Shown piece after piece: positions 21,466 to 29,634 of a stretch of DNA of 64,000 nt (its first letter is position 1; each line of letters opens with the position of its first letter). The position numbers and the translations under genes were made by a program. Origin of the DNA: Opitutales bacterium (GTDB lineage Bacteria > Verrucomicrobiota > Verrucomicrobiia > Opitutales > PNEW01); NCBI GenBank assembly GCA_965197745.1, contig CBDANS010000007.1, forward strand, positions 1,664,001-1,728,000. The letters run 5' to 3'. Under the pieces are notes generated by a model. The model was not told the DNA's origin. It made no database searches and saw nothing but the letters and a program-made list of their open reading frames with translations.

Positions 21466-21550
21466 CAATCCGTAATCCGTACCGAGAGCTAAGCGCGACA
21501 TCCCTCATTCCGCATTCCGTACCGAGGGCGAAGACCGACATCCATAATCG
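21466..21550 (+). repeat. Heptamer tandem repeat (aatccgt/attccgc) with two 20-nt micro-elements (21480-21499, 21520-21539)
   Basis: aatccg[taccgagagctaagcgcgac]atcc; attccg[taccgagggcgaagaccgac]atcc. Confidence 0.8.
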
Positions 21551-21552
21551 TC

Positions 21553-22259
21553 TCACTCGATCGTTACCTCATCGACAGCAATGGTGATCTCATCACCCTC
21601 TTCATTAACGAAGGTTGCATTGATATTTTGAGTCGGTTGAGGAGTGTTGTCAGATTTAAAATTGTTCTGCGTAATCAAGGTATCAAATTCTCGCGTCGTC
21701 GATCCGCTCTCCGCGACTACGATCGAAGCTCCATTTGTCTGTGCCAGGTCTCCTCCAGTGATCCGCAACCCGGGGTTGCTGGCCGGCACCGTGAAGGAAC
21801 CTTCTCCAAACAGCAAATGTGGTACTGCATCGTCACTGGCATCGATGTCACCTACGGTTAAGCGTACTGCTATCGGTACTCCGCGTGCATCGACGCCTAC
21901 TTTGCCGGTGTCTCCACTGAAGACAGTATTCGACAACTGAATCCCTCCCATCCCCGTGGAGTTGATCACTTCCACCAAGGTGACGTCGGCTTGCGCGTCA
22001 TAAACCTGTCCCTCGGGGAAGAGCGCCTGGTTCACCGCGTTGATCGATCCCACCGTAAAGATACTGAAGAAGGTACTGGAGTCAGCTCCATCGATGACTA
22101 CGCTCGGCTTACCGGTCACGTACTCGACGGCCTGGTTGTAGCGTAGGGGTGGAGCCGGAGGCAGGAAGGTGGCCGGGTCCAAGATTACAGTAAAGGTCCC
22201 TGCGCCCGAGAACTCTACCTGCACAATGTCCTCATTTTCGTCCATGAAGGAGACCCGTG
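21553..22259 (-). pseudogene. Orphaned conserved C-terminal domain, 5' end cut by IS3-B2
   Basis: TRVSFMDENEDIVQVEFSGAG...FSIFTVGSINAVNQALFP, paralogous to the C-termini of 29635 and 34376. Confidence 0.85.
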
Positions 22260-23687
22260 TGATCGGACCCCGTTATTCGTACCAATTATTAAGTGAGAGA
22301 GTTACCGGGTGTTAATGGTTTTAGGATTGATGTATATGAGAGATCCTGGCGCAGTGAGGGCGTAGCCCGAACGCGGCCAGGATCGGAAAGGAATCTGACA
22401 AACTCTTGTGGGCTTTTAAAGCCTAAACGACTGTGGGGATGTTCATTGTTATAGGTCTGACGCCATTGTTCGATTAGAACTTGCGCTTCAGCCACGCTGA
22501 GCAACACATCAGGGTTCAAACATGAGCGCTTCGCTATGTCGTCACTACGTTCCTCGGTACATCGCGTAAGCGGTTGTGAAACGACTCGATGAAACCGTTT
22601 GTTATTCTCGCTTTGGCTCGTTGAGGTGTCGCTTCGCTCGGTAGCCAGGGACTACCCGGATCGATATATATCGCCTTGATGTTTTTTTCACGCAACCACC
22701 GCTGTACTTGATGAGCGATAAATGGCTTCGCATGTCGTCGCTTTGCTCCTCGGAACACTGCCATTATCACTGCGGATATAGCTGGGAGCTCCCTCCTTTT
22801 CAATGGCCTCGCTAAGCACAGAGAGGACATCCGATGAGGTGAGTTGACGAGCTACCCGGATATCCAGACATTCACGCGTATATGGCTTCGCTTCGCTTGA
22901 GTGTCGTCGCTTTCAGCTCCTCGGTACATCGATCAGAGTCATCATCTTTAATGGACCGCCATTGTCTGTGCGATCATGGACAAAGTCCCAGGACCAAAGG
23001 TGATTGCGACCGGTTGCTTTAGGAGGCGACCCTGTAGAGACTCCTTGACGGTGTCTGCGCTTTTTTGGTGGCTTTACCTGTAAGCCCGAAGAACGTCGCA
23101 CTGCCTGTACAAATTTCCTGCTCGCCGCCCAGCCTTCCTTCACCAGCAAGGCACGGATGCGCCGGTAACCGTAGCGGGGATGTTCCCAGGACAGGGTTAC
23201 AATCCGCTCGGCCAACCGCTGAGCTTTCTTACTGGTCTGCCTGGGCCGGTAGCTGTACGTTGACCAACTGAGGCTGAGATAAGCACAAGCCCTCTAAAAC
23301 GAGCACAGCCCTCTCTCAGCCGCATCTTTTACTGCTCGCTTCTTCTGCTTGGGGCTCACCATTTTTTTGAGAGCGTTTCCTCCAACACCCGAAGCTTGAG
23401 CATTTGATCAGCGAGCATCTTCTTCAGCTCCGTATTCTCCTTTTCCAGCTCTTTAAATCGCTTCGCATCAGCCAGCTCCAAGGTGCCATACTTTTTGCCC
23501 CAGCGATAGAAGGTCTGTTCACTTAGGTTGTTGCCGCGGCAGACTTCCTGCACGGTTTTGCCCGTATCGGGCTGCCGGAGTATTGCTATGATCTGTTCTG
23601 TTGTATATCCTTTTCTTTTCATTGAGGTTATCGGGTTATCCCCATAACCTCTCTCTGTTAATGATACCATTTTTGGGGGTCACTCCA
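22260..23687 (-). mobile_element. IS3 lineage B copy 2 (1428 bp); micro-inserts at 22524-22559, 22601-22643, 22724-22755, 22884-22926
   Basis: Colinear with 9280-10707 at offset 12980; extra TAG in orfB; no TSD. Confidence 0.95.
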
Positions 23688-23689
23688 TT

Positions 23690-24229
23690 TTGCCTCGGGA
23701 GTTCATCGAAACGTTTATCGAGGCCTCCTCAAAGTATGCGGAAGTCACCGACGAATTAAACAACTTCATCGATCGGCTCAACCAGGTAAAATCAGCTGAG
23801 ACCGATAACCTGACTGAGGTCGAGATTGATTCCATGTTTTATTTTGACCCGAAATTTGTGGACGAGGTGGACGAGGCAGGACTCGAACTGAAAAAGCTAT
23901 ATCTAAAAGAATTTGCAGTAGATATGCACTACCAATCGACCAATGTTTTCTGGATTGGAGAAGGGACTGAAAAAGAACTTTATCCTGAAGGAGATGATAC
24001 AAAACCTGTCTTTGGGGGAAACGCGATCTATTACAGAAGTAAGGACAATTTACCTTCATGGATTCCAGACGATAAAGTAAATCTTGAGTTGCCTCCCCCA
24101 TCGAATTTTAATCCCCGTTTGCATACCGACCCGGATACAGAACCCTTTATCTGGGTTCCTGCTGGAACATGGGGATTCTTTTGTATTGATCGACAATGGA
24201 AGATAGCGATCATCCGTTCTGGAACATAA
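23690..24229 (+). pseudogene. Hypothetical protein fragment, 5' end cut by IS
   Basis: Acidic ORF starting directly at the IS end. Confidence 0.45.
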
Positions 24230-24673
24230 TTCGATCGACTGGGATGAAACAGTTTAGCCGAGTAAACGAGCGAAGACAGCCATTGGCAAAGGAAGAGAAG
24301 TCAAAGGATGATGGGATTAATCATGCCTAATCCTCGTGCTTCAGTATTGAGTCGGCATTCCCCAACCTTACAAAGTACATCCGTCATTTTGAATGGTTGA
24401 CACTGTCGCAATTTCCAGTCACCTCGACACTTGAATAGTGATCGGACCCCATTATTCGCACCAGTTTAAGTAAGGGAGCAAGGGAAATCAAAGATGGCCT
24501 AAGCACATTGTCGACCTGTTACCGGATTCGTTCGAGGAGTCGGAGTAATGACTGAGCTGAACTAAGTGAAGCACCAACCCATAACCCTCAAAGTCATTAC
24601 GATTTACGAACTGCCTTTCGACTGCGCCAGCCAGAGACAACGAATAACTCCATGGTGATGTACCCACGAGCCG

Positions 24674-25138
24674 TTACCGGGCGGGGGCATCCACAGCCAA
24701 ATCGGTGGTGATGAGGGCGAAAATGCCCTCTATATCGCGCGCCGGGACAGAGCGGGTGATCATCCAAATCTCACCGCCACCCGCATCAAAGTAAGGGGCT
24801 GTCCAGACGCCCGTATTCGCTGCCAATGGCGCTGTAACCCAGACCTGAGTCTCAATGTTGTAGGTGGGTGTGGCGAGGTCGTGGGTGGCGTAGCCGTCGG
24901 CGGTGCGATAGACATAGGGGCAAGTGGTGACCACACCAGCATGATCGAGCAGCGCAGCGGCACTGCCGTGGAACGCGGGGTTGGCCTCCAAGTAGGCCCG
25001 TAAGCGCTCCGTATACGCGGCTGGATTGGCTGGTCGTTCCACCTCCAACTCTGCCACCAAGGTGTCGAGGGCGGCAACCACCGCAGTCTTCAAGCCCTCC
25101 TGAGTGGGCGCGCTAGGACTACAGCCTTGGGCAGTCAA
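24674..25138 (-). CDS. Cache (PDC-like) domain protein, probably 5'-truncated
   Basis: PYVYR...W.APYFDAGGGEIWMITRSVP...ITTDL. Confidence 0.65.
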   Translation of the reverse strand: MTAQGCSPSAPTQEGLKTAVVAALDTLVAELEVERPANPAAYTERLRAYLEANPAFHGSAAALLDHAGVVTTCPYVYRTADGYATHDLATPTYNIETQVWVTAPLAANTGVWTAPYFDAGGGEIWMITRSVPARDIEGIFALITTDLAVDAPAR

Positions 25139-25386
25139 GAAGGTAAGCAGCAGCAGAGACAGGGCCGCTGCTCGAACATGAGGTGATGGGTTTGGAACCT
25201 AGGGGCGATGTATTGCCATGGAGCGTAAACGAGACGGGTTGGTTTAGGGACTGATATACACAACTGTACTTGTTGCCTTGTTGCAACTTGATCTAACAGA
25301 CACTGTTTTATCAAATCGCAACTCTTCCAGAGAATAACATTGATTGTTTTCTTCTCAACTTCCAATCAAATAATAAGTTATCGTCG

Positions 25387-26119
25387 TGGAGTGCCCCAAA
25401 AATCCACTCGAAAATTCTTGGCCGATTCCTGGTCGAATATCATCAAAAAATATGATTCCTGCCAAACATTTAGAGGCAAGGTCAGGAAGTTAGAGGAAAA
25501 TATAAATTATTATTGAATCGTTATTTACGTGTAACTAATTGTTATTAAGCAGCTTAAAAATCATTATTGAGTCCCGTTCATAGTCGGTACATCGAGTCGT
25601 TCCACAACCTCTCACCCGATGTACCTAGGAACGTAGTGACGACATAGCGAAGCGCTCATGTTTGAACCGTGAAGTGTGCTCAGTGTGGCTGAAGTGTACA
25701 AAACGGTATTTGATATTAGGGACAGTGTCAGATTCAAGAGCCGCTTGTACGAATATTTTCTTCTCAACTTCTGACGATAACTTTTTGGTTGATCGGAAGT
25801 TGAGAAGAAAACAATCAATGTTATTCTCTGGAAGAGTTGCGATTTGATCAAGCAGTGTCTGATAGATCTAGTCGTAACAAGTACAGCCTGAAGCTCAAGG
25901 GGTAATCGAACCATGCCGTCATACCTACAACCATGAACATTCCCACAGTCGTTTAGTCTTTAAAAGCTCGCAAGAGTTTGTCAGTTTCCTCTCCGACCTT
26001 GGCCACGTTCGGGCTGCGCCCTCACTTCGCCAGGATCTCTCATATACATCACTCCTTAAACCATTAACACCCCGTAACTCTCTCTCTTAATAATTGATTC
26101 GAATAACGGGGTCCAATCA
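25387..26119 (+). mobile_element. Non-autonomous IS3-B derivative: IRL stub, att-like repeat, IS 3' half with a ~190 bp insert
   Basis: tggagtgccccaaaaat at 25387; ggggtccaatca at 26119; site-4 micro-element at 25622-25657. Confidence 0.75.
25400..25588. repeat. att-arm-like repeat, copy 2
   Basis: Aligns with 18834-19032. Confidence 0.9.
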
Positions 26120-26130
26120 GGTTAATTAGG

Positions 26131-28206
26131 TCAAAAACTTAAACGTATACCGGTAGTAATATTCCACCCCGGCAGCGGAGCAACATCTTTCAAAACTGAG
26201 GAGTGTACGCGGCCTTCTGCATCTGTTAAATTTTTGCCGATGACGAAGACTTCCCATTCGACACTTCTGAATTGCAAGCGGTAGGCAAAGTCGGCATTGA
26301 GGAAAGTGTAACTGTCGGTGAGAAATTCTCCGGGTGCCACACGGTCCTGCTCTCCGTGGTGGCTAACGGCAATACCTGCTGTCCAGGTTGGCGTTTCCTG
26401 CTCCAGTCGCGTGCCGAAACGCCAGGGCGGTATACGCGGAAGCGGAGTATCAATAGACTCATTCGTCGCGCGCACAAAATCAGAGGTCATGATGAGGTGA
26501 AGGCGTTTGCTTTCGGTATCGATAAAATGGAGCGTCGCTTCCGCTTCCAGACCGTAAAACGTGGCTTCGCTTTCCGTGTATTCGAATATCCCGAAACCTT
26601 CTGCCTCTAGCTCTCCGAAGCGGGTTTCTGCTTCCTCAAGTTCGAGTTCGTTTAGATAGATGAAGTTGTCGAAAGCGTTGTAATAAAAATTGACTGATCC
26701 AGTTATAAATCCCGTCATTTTCCTTAGAGAGAGATCAAGACCGAATGCTTCCTCAAGGTTCAACGTCATATTCCCTATCTCAAAAGACTGTGTCGCGACG
26801 TGGGGTCCAAAAGCCAGCAATTCCGTGGCGCTCGGGGCGCGTTGGGAGAAGGTGATTGAGGACGCCGCTGCCCATTCGTCGGCGGGATTATAAACCAGTC
26901 CAGTTGAAACGTTAAGCGTGGATTCATCGCCCTTACGAAAAACAGTCTCGCCAGGGTCGATTTCCTGATTCTCATAGCGAAAACCGAACTCCCAAGATCC
27001 CCAGTCAAACTCCGCACGCTCAACAATGAATAGTGCCCAATTCAAAGTCTCATTTGAGGGGATGAAAGCCTCATCACCGATGGCAGCGAAGTCATCATGC
27101 TTGAAGTTAAATCCTAGAACACCATTAAATCCCACCATGGGCTGGTGCACTGCGAGAATACGCGCTTCGACTCCATCTCGATCAAACTGGGTGCCGACTG
27201 CGTCGCCTTCCAGCTCGGTATGCATGTAATCCACTACCCCGAGACGAAATTCAGTGCTTTCCAAAAAAAGGACCGGTTCACGGATTTCTGCTCTCAGGTC
27301 AAAACGATATTGCTCGAGGTCGATGGAAACCAATTCCTCTTCACCCTCTTCTTCATGTCCATGGCTTCGGGGCACACCATACAGGCTGTTATAGGTGGAG
27401 ACCGAGGCGCCGAAGGTTCCTTTGTCCCAAAACCAGGCAAAACCCGCAGTTCCGCTCTCAGTTTCAACTGCGCTGTTTTCCAGCACACCAGAAACTTCAT
27501 CTTCTACTTCCCTTTCAGCTTCTTCCAACGCGCGAAACCGGGCCGACTCGGCAAAACCGGGTATCTCCACATCTTCAGACTCTCGGATAGCGCCGCCGAC
27601 ATGCCAGGCGAAATTACCTGCCGCTCCTTCAATCGAGACAACGCCACTGACCTCATCCGCCGCCGTGCCAAAGCGAAATTCTCCATTCCCACTTAAGGGT
27701 GCTTCGGGCTTCTCGCGGGGAATATCCTTACCTATCACATTGACGATTCCCCCGATGGCTGAATTGCCGTAAAGCAAAGTAGCTGCCCCGCGCACGATTT
27801 CCACCCGTTCGGTCAACAGGGGTTCAATACCCACAGCGTGGTCGGGACTGGTGTTGGAGACGTCGAAACTGTCGATATCACTGGTCAATACGCGCACGCG
27901 TTCGCCATCGAAACCGCGGATAATGGGTCGACTCGCACCCGGCCCAAAGTAACTCGAATTGATCCCTGGCTGGTTGCTTAATGTCTCTCCCAGGGTGGAC
28001 TGAGCACTACGCTTTAGGTTACTTTTATCAAGGACGGTTGCCGGAAGGGCTATATCTTTTAAATCATCTACGAGTGGACCTGCTGAAACGATATACTGTT
28101 TGAGTTCAACGACACTTTCATCGCTGTCTTCAGCTTGAACGTAAAGCTGAGAAATTACTAAGGCAGGTATTAAACCTGTGAGTATAACTCTTTTTAGCAC
28201 GTTCAT
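26131..28206 (-). CDS. TonB-dependent receptor, ZnuD-like metal uptake
   Basis: GPGASRPIIRG, S.DHAV, RG.ATLLYG, HGHEEEGEEE loop, GPH.AT, terminal F. Confidence 0.85.
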   Translation of the reverse strand: MNVLKRVILTGLIPALVISQLYVQAEDSDESVVELKQYIVSAGPLVDDLKDIALPATVLDKSNLKRSAQSTLGETLSNQPGINSSYFGPGASRPIIRGFDGERVRVLTSDIDSFDVSNTSPDHAVGIEPLLTERVEIVRGAATLLYGNSAIGGIVNVIGKDIPREKPEAPLSGNGEFRFGTAADEVSGVVSIEGAAGNFAWHVGGAIRESEDVEIPGFAESARFRALEEAEREVEDEVSGVLENSAVETESGTAGFAWFWDKGTFGASVSTYNSLYGVPRSHGHEEEGEEELVSIDLEQYRFDLRAEIREPVLFLESTEFRLGVVDYMHTELEGDAVGTQFDRDGVEARILAVHQPMVGFNGVLGFNFKHDDFAAIGDEAFIPSNETLNWALFIVERAEFDWGSWEFGFRYENQEIDPGETVFRKGDESTLNVSTGLVYNPADEWAAASSITFSQRAPSATELLAFGPHVATQSFEIGNMTLNLEEAFGLDLSLRKMTGFITGSVNFYYNAFDNFIYLNELELEEAETRFGELEAEGFGIFEYTESEATFYGLEAEATLHFIDTESKRLHLIMTSDFVRATNESIDTPLPRIPPWRFGTRLEQETPTWTAGIAVSHHGEQDRVAPGEFLTDSYTFLNADFAYRLQFRSVEWEVFVIGKNLTDAEGRVHSSVLKDVAPLPGWNITTGIRLSF

Positions 28207-28274
28207 AGGAAAAAATTAACCCTCTAAATCGTTCTTGAGAATCGAAGCAAGCTATGTATGTAAAGTCAACCTGA

Positions 28275-28295
28275 TAATGCAAGTTACTTGCATTA
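28275..28295. promoter_or_regulatory. Perfect 10-1-10 palindrome, Fur/Zur-family operator candidate
   Basis: TAATGCAAGT-T-ACTTGCATTA, ~70 bp upstream of the ZnuD-like start. Confidence 0.65.
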
Positions 28296-28399
28296 GTGTA
28301 TTTATCGTTAAACAACAATCTCACCATTGTCGATCAATACACTCGAGCTTGCCCACTGCTTCTGGCCGATACGTCCATCGGTGGGCACAAAACCGCCGC

Positions 28400-28832
28400 A
28401 GGAATCGGTCTTCCCCAAGCCATTACCGTCGATAATGGGCCCAAGTTTGTCGGCAAAGTACTGAATCAGTGAGCTTATGGCCACGGCATCGAGATGGATT
28501 TTATTCGCCCAGGCAAACCCGTAGAGAATGGTTATATTGAGAGCTTCAATGGACGCTTACGCGATGAACTTCTTAACACGGCGCTATTTTATACGCTGGC
28601 TGAAGCGAAAGAAAAACTTGAAGCTTGGCGACTTGATTATAATACTCAAGGATCACACAGCTCTCTGAGCTATCGGCCTCCAGCGCGAATACGCATAGAG
28701 AGCCGTGTATAATCAAATCAAAACTCTTACCACTCTGCCGGAATTAACACTGGCTCTGATACAGTAACCGGAAGCAGATCATATCCCGATAACCTCTCTC
28801 TTTAAATGATTCGATTTTTGGGGGTTACCCCC
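28400..28832 (+). mobile_element. IS3 3' fragment plus lineage-B left-end stub
   Basis: ITVDNGP.F...[26 protein letters not shown]; 28782-28832 matches the B left end. Confidence 0.8.
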
Positions 28833-28833
28833 G

Positions 28834-29034
28834 TTAAATCCACTCGAAAATTCTTGGCCGATTCCTGGTCGAATATCATCAAAAAATATGATTCCTGCCC
28901 ATTCCTGCCAAACATTTAGAGGCAAGGTCAGGAAATTAGAGGAAAATATAAATTATTATTGTATCGTTATTTAAGTGTAACTAATTGTTAATAAGTAGCT
29001 TATAAGGTATTATTGAGTCCCGTTCATAGTCGGT
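28834..29034. repeat. att-arm-like repeat, copy 3
   Basis: Aligns with 18834-19032. Confidence 0.9.
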
Positions 29035-29339
29035 TACATCGAATCATTGCATGCCCGTTTTCGCGAGGAGTGTCTAAATCGTGAACAGCTGTGGACTTTG
29101 ACCGAAGCCCGCGTGGTGATCGAAGATTGGCGCTGGCTTTACAATCATGTTCGACCCCACCGCAGCCTCGGCAATATTACTCCACAACGTTTCGCTGAAA
29201 ACCTCTAGACCGAAGGCTCGGGCTCCATTCGGGCTACGCCCTCATTGCGCCCAAGTCTTGACTTCCTCTACCAACTTAACTTCAACATTAACCTCTCCAG
29301 ACTAACTCTCACAGTGGACCAGTTTGTGTAACCCGACCA
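29031..29339 (+). mobile_element. IS3 lineage A 3' half
   Basis: Starts at GYIES; near-identical to 4245-4553. Confidence 0.9.
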
Positions 29340-29634
29340 GCTGGAAGCCGATTATTTTGGATTCTATCATGCTTCACGAGCTGGATATAACGTCAATATA
29401 GCTGTAGAACTTTTCCGCAGCAATGCAGGAAAGACTTCAATTGGTGATTTTAGAGGAAGCGTGACTCATCCAAATAATGTTAGAAGGTTTTTGAAGCTTA
29501 ACGAAGCTATAGACGAGATGAAAAGAAAACAGGCCAATGGACAGGACCTTATTCCTAATTAATAAGAAATAACTGAAAAAGGAAATAAGAAACATGAACT
29601 TACTAAAGCTTTCTACAAAGCGCCCAGAAGGTCT

